Positions 8,387-16,654 of a DNA stretch of 19,217 nucleotides are shown here, one piece after another. A model generated the notes under the pieces. It was given only the letters and a program-made list of their open reading frames with translations. It did not search any database and had not been told where the DNA came from. Numbering within the stretch: position 1 is the first letter of the stretch; each line of letters starts with the position of its first letter. The DNA is from Candidatus Sulfobium sp. Lineage in GTDB: Bacteria > Nitrospirota > Thermodesulfovibrionia > Thermodesulfovibrionales > UBA6898. A program made the position numbers and the translations under genes. The stretch spans positions 1 through 19,217 of the forward strand of contig JARRRI010000055.1 in NCBI GenBank assembly GCA_037380845.1, in the 5' to 3' direction.

Positions 8387-8590
8387 ATGAAACAGGGGCA
8401 TGTACATGATTATGAGGCCGTTTCGCATCCTGCGCCGTCCCCCGGGGCCCGGTCCCTCGGCATCAAATCGGCCGAGATCAGAAAGTGCAGGAAGTGCCAG
8501 AAGGAGATGCCCTTCATACTGGCGAAAGACAGGTGGGTGGCACTTTTTGAAGATCCCGATGTCGACGAACAGGAGATCCTTCTGGCCTGA
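8387..8590 (+). CDS. Small hypothetical protein with HxH and CxxC (possible metal binding)
   Basis: Strong RBS AAAGGAG; 67 aa containing HVHDY and CRKC. Confidence 0.65.
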   Translation: MKQGHVHDYEAVSHPAPSPGARSLGIKSAEIRKCRKCQKEMPFILAKDRWVALFEDPDVDEQEILLA

Positions 8591-8604
8591 AAAAAGGCGC
8601 GCGT

Positions 8605-8634
8605 TTGACATATGCCGCCTTATTGGGGTATAAA
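8605..8634 (+). promoter_or_regulatory. Sigma70 promoter upstream of the asnB-like operon
   Basis: TTGACA-N18-TATAAA. Confidence 0.6.
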
Positions 8635-8869
8635 AGTAAATGACCTGAACTTTCAGGAGAGGTTCCGAGTTCTTCGAACCACAGACAGCCGCAGCTTCCT
8701 TAAATCCCGCGATCCATTCCGCAAACTTTTATTTGTGAATTCAATCACTTACATATGCAAATCATTTCAGCCAAAGGGTGGCATTTTTCATCTTTTATTA
8801 ACCGGAGGTTTGGGGACGAAGATTCCTGACCGTCAAAACAAATAAGAGCCAAAGGGAGGAAATTAATCT

Positions 8870-10513
8870 ATGTGCACTATATGCGGACATTTCATGAAGG
8901 GAGGGAGGAGAGTTTCGACCGACATCTACGACATGCTGAAGAAGATGGAGCACAGGGGGCCCGATACGCACGGCATCTACCTGGACGGTCCCATATTTCA
9001 GGGTGAAGAGGTCGATGAATTTAAAGGGGTGTTGAAAAAGGAGAGTCATATCGCCCTGGGGCATTCAAGGCTCAAGATAGTCGGCCAGGAAAAATCTTAC
9101 CAGCCTTATACCTCCTGTGACGGCAGGCTTGCGCTGGTCCATAACGGAGAGATTTACAACTACGACAAGCTGAAGACCCTTCTTCTCCGCCACCACGATA
9201 TAAAAACAACGAGCGACAGCGAGATAATCGTTCATGTTCTCGAGGAGACATACCAGGGGGACCTCCTGGATGCGGTGAAAAAAGTTACAGGGCTCCTGGA
9301 CGGCATGTATGCCCTCGCCGTCACGGACGGGAAGTCCATCGTCGTGGCGCGCGATCCGATAGGAAAGAAGCCTCTGTACTATATCAAGAACGGCGACATC
9401 ACTTATTTTGCGTCGGAAAAGAAGGCCCTCTGGAACGGTGCCGACAATCCCGGCCGGCTGAACCCCGGAGAGATCCTCCTGATCGACGACACCGGCCCCT
9501 CGGTGCACGAAGGGTTCATGCTGCAGTTTCCGCAGATAGACATAGTGGATTTCAGGGAGGCCGTTGAGCTCTATAAGACCGCCCTGATCAGGGCGGTAAA
9601 GAAACGACTGACCGGCCTGAATGAATCCCGTCTCGGGGTCATATTTTCGGGGGGCATCGATTCTGTTCTGGTATCCAAGCTGCTTCAGCGGGAGGGAAAA
9701 AATATTGTGTGCTACTGCACCGGCACAGAGGATTCCGGAGACATCGTGGCGGCAAGGGCCGTGGCAAAAGAACTCGGTCTCGAACTCAAGACGACGATCA
9801 TTACCGATTCCTTTGTGGAGGGCATCATCCCCGAAATAATCCGTAACGTCGAGGAGAGTGGTCTTCTGCAGGTCGAGGTTGCCATCCCGATGTACATGGC
9901 GGCCAAGATGGCCTCCGAAGACGACATACGGGTGATGTACACCGGACAGGCAGCCGATGAGCTGTTTGCCGGCTACCCCTGGTATAATGATGTTCTCGCG
10001 GAATTCGGATATCTGCGGCTTCACGAGAAACTGTGGGAAGACCTTAACTATCTTTACAGGGACACCCTGGAAAGGGAGGACAAGCTCACCATGGCCCATT
10101 CCATCGAGGTGAGGGCTCCGTATCTTGACAGGGACGTGATCCAGACCGCCATGAGGATATCTCCCAGGCTTAAACTTGAAGGCGTCGACGATAACCTCAG
10201 GAAGCGTGTGCACCGCCAGGCGGCTGTGGAACTTGGTGTGCCGCCCTTCCTCGCCTTCAGGGTGAAAGACCCGGCCCAGTCCGGTTCGGGCATACACGGG
10301 ATGATCGAAAGGATCGCCAAAAGAAAAAGCGGATCTCTTGACAGCGAACTGGTCCAGGAGAACATCAGGAGGGACAAGGGGAGTCTCTACCGTTACGGGG
10401 ACGGCATCTACGGAGATGAAATTACACGCTGCTATCTCCAGCAGATCGAAGAGGATATCAAGAGCAAGTACATACCGGCTTTTCTCAGCTATCAGGAGGA
10501 AGGGACCAGGTGA
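8870..10513 (+). CDS. asnB: Glutamine-hydrolysing asparagine synthetase family amidotransferase
   Basis: N-terminal nucleophile Cys2 (MCTICG), HRGPD, HNGEIYN, RDPIGKKPLYY, PP-loop SGGIDS, GQAADELFAGY, EVRAPYLD; RBS GGGAGG. Confidence 0.92.
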   Translation: MCTICGHFMKGGRRVSTDIYDMLKKMEHRGPDTHGIYLDGPIFQGEEVDEFKGVLKKESHIALGHSRLKIVGQEKSYQPYTSCDGRLALVHNGEIYNYDKLKTLLLRHHDIKTTSDSEIIVHVLEETYQGDLLDAVKKVTGLLDGMYALAVTDGKSIVVARDPIGKKPLYYIKNGDITYFASEKKALWNGADNPGRLNPGEILLIDDTGPSVHEGFMLQFPQIDIVDFREAVELYKTALIRAVKKRLTGLNESRLGVIFSGGIDSVLVSKLLQREGKNIVCYCTGTEDSGDIVAARAVAKELGLELKTTIITDSFVEGIIPEIIRNVEESGLLQVEVAIPMYMAAKMASEDDIRVMYTGQAADELFAGYPWYNDVLAEFGYLRLHEKLWEDLNYLYRDTLEREDKLTMAHSIEVRAPYLDRDVIQTAMRISPRLKLEGVDDNLRKRVHRQAAVELGVPPFLAFRVKDPAQSGSGIHGMIERIAKRKSGSLDSELVQENIRRDKGSLYRYGDGIYGDEITRCYLQQIEEDIKSKYIPAFLSYQEEGTR

Positions 10514-11328
10514 AGGCCCGGATATGCGTAGCCCAGATAAATTATCTGAAAGACGATTCCGATACACATATCGAAAGAATAAAGAGCATCATTTCGGAAC
10601 ACGCGACCGCCGATCTCATCGTTTTCCCGGAGCTGATCCTGCACGGCCACCCTTCGGCCGAGACACCGGAAGGCCTCTTATACCGCAAGATGAAGATTCA
10701 TCACACTTTCGTATCGGAGGACATGTACGGGTTCATCAGACGGGCGGGCGCCAGGGTAATTATGGGGGAGTTGCGGAGACAGAGGGAGAAATACTTCAAT
10801 GTCGCCACATACGTAGACAGTGAAACCGTCCAGAGCTATACCAAGACCCACGTGCACTGGTCGGAAAATTTCGTCCCCGGGCGCCGGTTGACAATCTTTG
10901 ATACCCCCCTGGGAAAGGTCGGCATCACCATCTGTTTTGATGCCGCATTCTCCGAAGTCTGGCGGGTCCTGGCGCTTAACGGAGCGGACATCATCGTGAA
11001 CATTTCAGCCGTTCCGAGATCGTTCCCGGTCAAATACATGTGGCGCAGGCTGCAGGGGGCGGCCCTCAACAACGAGGTTTTTGTCGTATATGCAAACAGG
11101 CCCGGCGATTTCTTTTCCGGCTACAGCGCGGTTGTAAACCCGCAGGGTGACATCGTCGTGCATGCAGATGACGAAGAGGCCGTGATCCAGGCCGAGATAG
11201 ATCTCGACGACATACAAAGCTGGAGAGAGGAGGAAGTCATTTATCCGAACCGGCGCCCCCTGCTTTACAGGGAAATAGTAAAAAAGAGCTCTCATCCGCC
11301 GGAAACGCTTCCCATGAAAGCGTCTTAA
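10510..11328 (+). CDS. Carbon-nitrogen hydrolase (nitrilase superfamily amidase)
   Basis: Glu-Lys-Cys triad (FPEL, YTKTH, ICFD) and C-terminal RRP.LY; the GTG start overlaps the asnB stop (GTGA). Confidence 0.93.
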   Translation: MKARICVAQINYLKDDSDTHIERIKSIISEHATADLIVFPELILHGHPSAETPEGLLYRKMKIHHTFVSEDMYGFIRRAGARVIMGELRRQREKYFNVATYVDSETVQSYTKTHVHWSENFVPGRRLTIFDTPLGKVGITICFDAAFSEVWRVLALNGADIIVNISAVPRSFPVKYMWRRLQGAALNNEVFVVYANRPGDFFSGYSAVVNPQGDIVVHADDEEAVIQAEIDLDDIQSWREEEVIYPNRRPLLYREIVKKSSHPPETLPMKAS

Positions 11329-11338
11329 AGGAGATGAA

Positions 11339-12694
11339 ATGAAGATATTGAATCTGTCGTCCGGTCATCGGGACGGAATGGGAACGGGCCGGCTGTTTGG
11401 AGCCCTGATTGTCTGCCTTATTCTTACGCTGGTCCTCGTCACCCCGGCCTGCAAAAAGAAAGAGAAGACCGCCGGAACAACCACCATCCGGTTCGTGACC
11501 TGGAAGCCGAACCAGCCCGCTGTGTGGGACGGTATAATAAAGGCCTTCGAGGCAGAAAATCCGGGAATCAGGGTGGAGCGTGAGACAGGGCCGCATTCCT
11601 CGACGGGATTTCATGACCTTCTTACCCAGAAGCTCAAGAACAAGAGCCCGGACGTAGACGTTTTCTTCATGGATGTCATATGGCCTTCGGAGTTTGCGGC
11701 AGCCGGATGGGCGATGCCGCTCGATTCCTATTTCCCGAAAAAGGAGCAGGGGAAGTTCCTGAACGGCACCGTGATCGCTAATACTTACAAAGGACATATT
11801 TACGGGGTGCCCGTGTTCATTGACAGCGGCATGCTTTACTACCGGAAAGACCTTCTCGAAAAATACGGCTTTAAACCTCCCGGGACATGGGAGGAGATGG
11901 TGAGTCAGGCAAAGAAGATCACCGCCGGGGAGGCGTCCAATATGAAGATGGACGGCTTTTCAGGACAATTCAAACAGTACGAGGGGCTTGTATGCAACAT
12001 GATGGAATATATCCTGAGCAACGGCGGCCACATAGTAGATCCCGACACCGGCCAGCCTGAAATCGCTGCGAAACCGGCCGTCGAAGCGGTAAGGTTCGTC
12101 AGAGACAAGATCATAGGCAACGTCGCACCGCAAGGCGAACTAACCTACGAGGAACCTGAATCGCTGGCCCTCTTCATACAGGGGAAGGCGGTATTTCACA
12201 GGAACTGGCCCTATGCATGGGAAGTGTCCAATGACCCTGCACGTTCCAGGGTGGCCGGCAAGGTCGGCATCGCCAAACTGCCTCACTTCCCCGGCGGTAA
12301 GAGTTATTCCACCCTGGGAGGCTGGCAGCTTGCCATCAGCAGCTACTCGAAAAACAAGGAAGCCGCGTGGACCTTCATCAGATTCCTCACCAGCAGGAAA
12401 ATACAGAAGCAGCTTGCGGTACAGGCCGGCTTCGCGCCCACCAGAAAGGCCCTTTACGGTGATGCGGATGTACTGAAGGCCAATCCCCAGTTCAGGTCGA
12501 TGAAAGATGTGTTCGTCACCGCCTACCCGCGGCCCAGAAGCCCTCTCTATCCCGCGATATCGAATATCCTTCAGCGCTACTTCAGTTCGGCAATATCGGA
12601 CCGGGATTCGAATGTAGAAGGGGAGGCGCTGAGGGCATCGAAGGAGATGAAAAAAATCATTTCACTTGCGCAGGAAGAGGGAAGCCTGCATTAA
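11339..12694 (+). CDS. Sugar ABC transporter substrate-binding lipoprotein (trehalose/maltose TMBP-like)
   Basis: Hydrophobic signal with lipobox VTPA-C; DVIW, YEGLVCN, RNWPYAW and LGGW motifs typical of trehalose/maltose-binding proteins. Confidence 0.9.
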   Translation: MKILNLSSGHRDGMGTGRLFGALIVCLILTLVLVTPACKKKEKTAGTTTIRFVTWKPNQPAVWDGIIKAFEAENPGIRVERETGPHSSTGFHDLLTQKLKNKSPDVDVFFMDVIWPSEFAAAGWAMPLDSYFPKKEQGKFLNGTVIANTYKGHIYGVPVFIDSGMLYYRKDLLEKYGFKPPGTWEEMVSQAKKITAGEASNMKMDGFSGQFKQYEGLVCNMMEYILSNGGHIVDPDTGQPEIAAKPAVEAVRFVRDKIIGNVAPQGELTYEEPESLALFIQGKAVFHRNWPYAWEVSNDPARSRVAGKVGIAKLPHFPGGKSYSTLGGWQLAISSYSKNKEAAWTFIRFLTSRKIQKQLAVQAGFAPTRKALYGDADVLKANPQFRSMKDVFVTAYPRPRSPLYPAISNILQRYFSSAISDRDSNVEGEALRASKEMKKIISLAQEEGSLH

Positions 12695-12824
12695 GCGCCG
12701 GGGACAGAGTCCGCTTCACCGGGGAAACGCCGGGGTCCGGAGCAGCTGATTAAACAGCGCCTGTTCAGTTCTGCCGCATCTCTTCTTCTTGATCTTTGAT
12801 CTTTTCTTTGACTACACTTTTACG

Positions 12825-13724
12825 ATGAGATTGTCTCTTCCCGCAAGAGAGAGGATATTCGCCGCGTCCCTGATCCTGCCGTGTCTGATTTTTGTCGCCG
12901 TCTTTGCCTTTTATCCGATCCTGTATTCCTTCTATCTGAGCCTGCACAGGATAATCCTGAGCCTCCCGGGACTGAAACAGCCCTTCATAGGCCTGGCAAA
13001 CTACAGGCAGCTGTTGCATGACCCGGTCGCCCTGCATTCACTCCTGAATACCTTCGCCTTTGTCTTCGCGTCCACCTTTTTTGAAATACTCTTCGGCCTC
13101 GTCATCGCCCTTGTTATAAACAGATATTACAGAGGCAGAGGCATCGTGAGGGCTGCGGTGCTCGTCCCCTGGGCGATACCGACTGTCGTGGCCTCGCAGA
13201 TGTGGAGGTTCATTTTCAACGACAATTACGGCCTCCTGAACTATCTCCTGTTCGGCGCCCATGTTTCCGCCTATGAGGCATGGCTTGCGCGTCCCTTCTT
13301 CGCTTTTTCTGCCATAGTCGCCGCGGACGTGTGGAAGACCTCCTCCTTTGCCGCTCTCATTATTCTGGCGGGTCTTCAGACCATACCGGACGAACTTTAC
13401 GAGGCTGCACGCATAGACGGCGCCGGCGCATGGAGCAGGTTTCGCAGCATCACCCTCCCGCTTGTCAGGCCGGCTCTGCTCATCGCCCTCCTCTTCCGGA
13501 CAATGGACGCCTTCAGGGTCTTCGACCTCGTCTATGTTATGACCCAGGGAGGGCCGGCGGACTCGACAAACGTTCTTCAGTTTTACGGCTACAAGAAGAT
13601 ATTTGCCGAAGGGCTCATGGGCTACGGATCGACCATTTCGGTCCTTGTTTTTCTGGTCACCTTTTCCGTTTCCCTCTTGTACATCAGAATGCTGGGCAGC
13701 CGGCTCCTGCAGGAAAAGGCATGA
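12825..13724 (+). CDS. Carbohydrate ABC transporter permease (MalF/SugA-like)
   Basis: FIGLANY, PWAIPTVV, EAA loop LYEAARIDGA; ATG at 12825 preferred over TTG at 12789. Confidence 0.93.
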   Translation: MRLSLPARERIFAASLILPCLIFVAVFAFYPILYSFYLSLHRIILSLPGLKQPFIGLANYRQLLHDPVALHSLLNTFAFVFASTFFEILFGLVIALVINRYYRGRGIVRAAVLVPWAIPTVVASQMWRFIFNDNYGLLNYLLFGAHVSAYEAWLARPFFAFSAIVAADVWKTSSFAALIILAGLQTIPDELYEAARIDGAGAWSRFRSITLPLVRPALLIALLFRTMDAFRVFDLVYVMTQGGPADSTNVLQFYGYKKIFAEGLMGYGSTISVLVFLVTFSVSLLYIRMLGSRLLQEKA

Positions 13725-14545
13725 AGAAATGGATGGAAAAGGGGGGTTTTGTGGTGCTGACCCTGATCGTGGTCTGCATGAGCCTGCTGCCTTTCTTATG
13801 GTTTCTCGATACCTCTCTCAAGACGCAGATCGATATTACGGCGAGCCCCCCGGTGATTGTTCCCTCCGGATCGGTGCACTTTTACCGGTCCGCAATCGAA
13901 AATTACAACCTCCTTCATTTTGTGAAGAACAGCACAATAGTGGCCGGAGCCTCGACGGTCATCACGATACTCCTGTCGGTTTTTGCGGGATATGCGCTGG
14001 CAAGACTGCGCATAAAATACAAGGGCCTGATCATGGGCGGCTTCCTTCTCGTCTCCATGTTCCCCCAGATATCAATAGCCGGGCCGGTCTGGAAGATACT
14101 CCGGTCGCTGGGATGGCTGAATACCTACCAGGGACTGGTCCTCCCTTATGTCACACTCACTTTGCCGCTCGGCATCTGGATTACGGCGAGCTTTTTCAGG
14201 GAACTGCCGGAGGAACTCGAAGCTGCCGCCAGGATCGACGGGTGCAGCCATGTTCAGACCCTCTTCAGGGTCATCGTCCCCCTTGCCGCCCCCGGCGTCT
14301 TCACAGCGGCGCTGCTCGTATTCATCTATGCATGGAATGAGTTCTTCTTTGCGCTCCTCATCATGACTGAGAAGAGCTACCAGACCCTGCCCGTCGGCAT
14401 CGCATTGTTCCAGGGGCAGTATACCATGCCGTGGGGCGAGATCGCCGCGGCCTCGACGGTCGCTACAGTGCCGCTGGTGCTTCTGGTCTTCCTTTTCCAG
14501 AGGAGGATCGTACGGGGACTGTCTGCGGGGGCGATAAAGGGATAA
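13721..14545 (+). CDS. Carbohydrate ABC transporter permease (MalG/SugB-like)
   Basis: ATGA overlap with the previous stop; AGYALARL, LEAAARIDG, WNEFFFAL, C-terminal GLSAGAIKG. The upstream extension of the listed ORF to 13280 is spurious. Confidence 0.93.
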   Translation: MKKWMEKGGFVVLTLIVVCMSLLPFLWFLDTSLKTQIDITASPPVIVPSGSVHFYRSAIENYNLLHFVKNSTIVAGASTVITILLSVFAGYALARLRIKYKGLIMGGFLLVSMFPQISIAGPVWKILRSLGWLNTYQGLVLPYVTLTLPLGIWITASFFRELPEELEAAARIDGCSHVQTLFRVIVPLAAPGVFTAALLVFIYAWNEFFFALLIMTEKSYQTLPVGIALFQGQYTMPWGEIAAASTVATVPLVLLVFLFQRRIVRGLSAGAIKG

Positions 14546-14547
14546 CA

Positions 14548-15621
14548 ATGGCCGGGTTGAAGATAGAAAATCTGACCAAGAGTTTCGGCGACGGCCGGAG
14601 AGTGATCGACAATCTCTCCTTTGACGTTTCTGAAGGGGAGTTCTGCATACTCCTCGGTCCCTCCGGGTGCGGGAAGAGCACTGTCCTGAAACTCATCGCC
14701 GGGCTTGAACGCCAGGATGAGGGCCGGATATACATCGGTGACAGGGAAGTGAGCGGTCTGACACCGAAAGAGCGGGATATCGCAATGGTGTTTCAGAGCT
14801 ATGCGCTCTATCCGCACCTGAATGTGTATGAGAATATCGCCTTCCCCCTGAAGATCAGGAAGATGCCCCGTCAGGAGATAGAAGAAAAGGTGCACGCCGC
14901 GGCAAGACTTCTCGACATCGACTCCATGCTTAAGAGAAAACCCAGGGAACTTTCCGGTGGACAGAGGCAGAGGGTCGCCATAGGGCGGGCTATCGTGAGG
15001 GAGCCCAGGCTCTTTCTGTTCGACGAACCCCTGTCGAACCTGGACGCAAAACTTCGGAGCTCCATGCGTGTAGAACTGGCGGGGCTTCACAAAAAACTGG
15101 GGATCACCACGATCTACGTTACCCACGACCAGATAGAGGCCATGACACTGGGTCAGAAGATCGTGGTGATCGAAGGAGGCGTAATACAGCAGATCGGTAC
15201 CCCGCGGGAGATATACGACAAGCCGGCGAATCTCTTTACCGCGTCTTTTATCGGTATGCCCTCCATAAACCTGGCCGCGGGACGGTTTATCAAAAAGGGA
15301 GAAGAAATATTGTTCAGGTCAGGCGATCTGGAACTCTCTCTCTCCCCCCAACAGTGGGAGCGGTATGCAGGAAAGGACGTTACGGCAGGAATCCGCCCGG
15401 AGTCACTCAGACCCGGAGAGGGGCCGGTCCGCGGCAGTCTCGAACATATCGAACATATAGGATCGGAAACACTCCTTTACGTAAAATCAGGAGACATGCG
15501 GATCACGGCGAAGGCCCCGGCCGACTATGAAGGAAGGGCCGGGGAAGACATATCACTCGCGGTCAACGCGGCCGATATCCATTTTTTCCTCGACGGAAAG
15601 AGGCTGGCAGCCGGGCGATAG
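14548..15621 (+). CDS. Carbohydrate ABC transporter ATP-binding protein (MalK/SugC/UgpC-like)
   Basis: GPSGCGKS, VFQSYALYPH, LSGGQRQRVA, DEPLSNLDAKLR, YVTHDQ, C-terminal TOBE region. Confidence 0.95.
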   Translation: MAGLKIENLTKSFGDGRRVIDNLSFDVSEGEFCILLGPSGCGKSTVLKLIAGLERQDEGRIYIGDREVSGLTPKERDIAMVFQSYALYPHLNVYENIAFPLKIRKMPRQEIEEKVHAAARLLDIDSMLKRKPRELSGGQRQRVAIGRAIVREPRLFLFDEPLSNLDAKLRSSMRVELAGLHKKLGITTIYVTHDQIEAMTLGQKIVVIEGGVIQQIGTPREIYDKPANLFTASFIGMPSINLAAGRFIKKGEEILFRSGDLELSLSPQQWERYAGKDVTAGIRPESLRPGEGPVRGSLEHIEHIGSETLLYVKSGDMRITAKAPADYEGRAGEDISLAVNAADIHFFLDGKRLAAGR

Positions 15622-15730
15622 GTCTACCGGAATCCACTGCGCTGTTGTTGCCGCTCCGGGCCGATGACCCGCTCTCCTCTCTCACCCCCCCGGTTAAGGA
15701 GGAGATGTTGAAAGACTCCGCTTCTTCCGG

Positions 15731-16030
15731 TTAAAAGTAATAACCTATGTTTACATTGAGTCGCATATGCCAGTCCTCGTCGGGCCCGCCTGCGGCGAGG
15801 GCGTTTGGGGGGCCGCCCAGAAATACCATGTTCTTGCCGAAGATGAAGTCTACGTACGTGTATACCGGGATTGCGGTTACCAGGCAGCCCAGCGTGTTGA
15901 CCTGGGAGCTTTTGAACCCGGATTCGCTCTTGACAAGGATGCTGTAATCATCATAAAAGGTGAGCTTGGTAATGGGGCCCCATTCTTTTTTCGGATCATC
16001 AAGGTACTTGAGCTTCCATCGTGCCCACAT
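15731..16030 (-). pseudogene. C-terminal remnant of an outer-membrane beta-barrel (porin-like) gene
   Basis: Amphipathic beta-strand pattern ending RLNVNIGYYF (BAM beta-signal); no signal peptide or N-terminal part; abuts the proV remnant. Confidence 0.65.
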
Positions 16031-16052
16031 CCAGTGCGGGGTCCATCCAGAA

Positions 16053-16264
16053 CCTGAGAAGTGTAGACTTGCCGCTTCCGCTCAGGCCCGTCACGACGAG
16101 GATCTCGCCTTCGCGCGTTTCGAAGGAGACGTCAGCGACTGCTACGGCATGGCCTGTCTGCTCAAGGATCTCCTTGTTGGTCCTTCCCCGTCAATGAGTT
16201 TGAATATACTCTGCGGGTGAGGACCGAATATCTTGAAGACATTTTCCGCCTTTATTCGCGCCAT
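16053..16264 (-). pseudogene. proV: Frameshifted, truncated glycine betaine/proline ABC ATPase (ProV/OpuAA) N-terminus
   Basis: Manual translation gives [25 protein letters not shown], a 1-nt frameshift near 16180-16189, then [42 protein letters not shown]; similarity ends right after Walker A. Confidence 0.85.
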
Positions 16265-16369
16265 TTTCATTCAAATCTTCTCATTAAGGATTAACGGTGT
16301 CAAGAAGAATTGGAAGGAAAAGGCCTGAATAGCCATCCCGCAAAAAATGAACACTCAGGAAGTCACTGG

Positions 16370-16453
16370 CAGGCCGCTGAAAAAGTCTCAGATTCGTCAT
16401 ATCCCGGGCCCAGGTCGTCTTCGGCGCCGAGACGGGTAAAATTGACCGGGGAA
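16370..16453. repeat. Solo IS-end-like sequence plus an interrupted REP-like repeat
   Basis: CAGGCCGCTGAAAAAGTC (resembles IS terminal repeats) followed by GTCAT-atCCCGGGC...TTGACCGGGGAA split by a small hairpin. Confidence 0.45.
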
Positions 16454-16530
16454 CGCGCGTTATTCTGGAGAAGAGAGGAGCTACCTCCAGCTACATAAGC
16501 CTTTGGAGGAATCTCCCTTCCGGGATTGAA

Positions 16531-16617
16531 TGGTGCCGGTGGGGGGAATCGAACCCCCACTGGGTCGCCCCAACCGGATTTTGAGTCCGGCGCGTCTGCC
16601 AGTTCCACCACACCGGC
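16531..16617 (-). tRNA. tRNA-Leu(CAA)
   Basis: 87-nt cloverleaf GCCGGTG...CACCGGCACCA; anticodon arm CCGGA-CTCAAAA-TCCGG; long variable arm; GTTCGATTC T-loop; encoded CCA. Confidence 0.97.
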
Positions 16618-16624
16618 CTTGTTG

Positions 16625-16654
16625 ATTCTAAAGGATTTTTCCCTATCCGGTCAA
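16625..16654 (-). promoter_or_regulatory. tRNA promoter whose -35 overlaps the integrase stop codon
   Basis: TTGACC-N18-TAGAAT, with the -10 ending 7 nt before the tRNA 5' end. Confidence 0.65.

Noticed and set aside
8641..8695. AACTTTCAGG / GGAGAG / CAC fragments resembling a glycine riboswitch
   Set aside because: The elements are in the wrong order and the CCGAAG motif is missing.
9065..10567. 500-aa ORF antisense to asnB
   Set aside because: Shadow ORF expected from GC-rich codon bias on the opposite strand; no recognisable motifs, while the plus-strand gene has all family motifs.
16363..16611. 82-aa ORF overlapping the tRNA
   Set aside because: It is a translation of the tRNA and repeat sequence.
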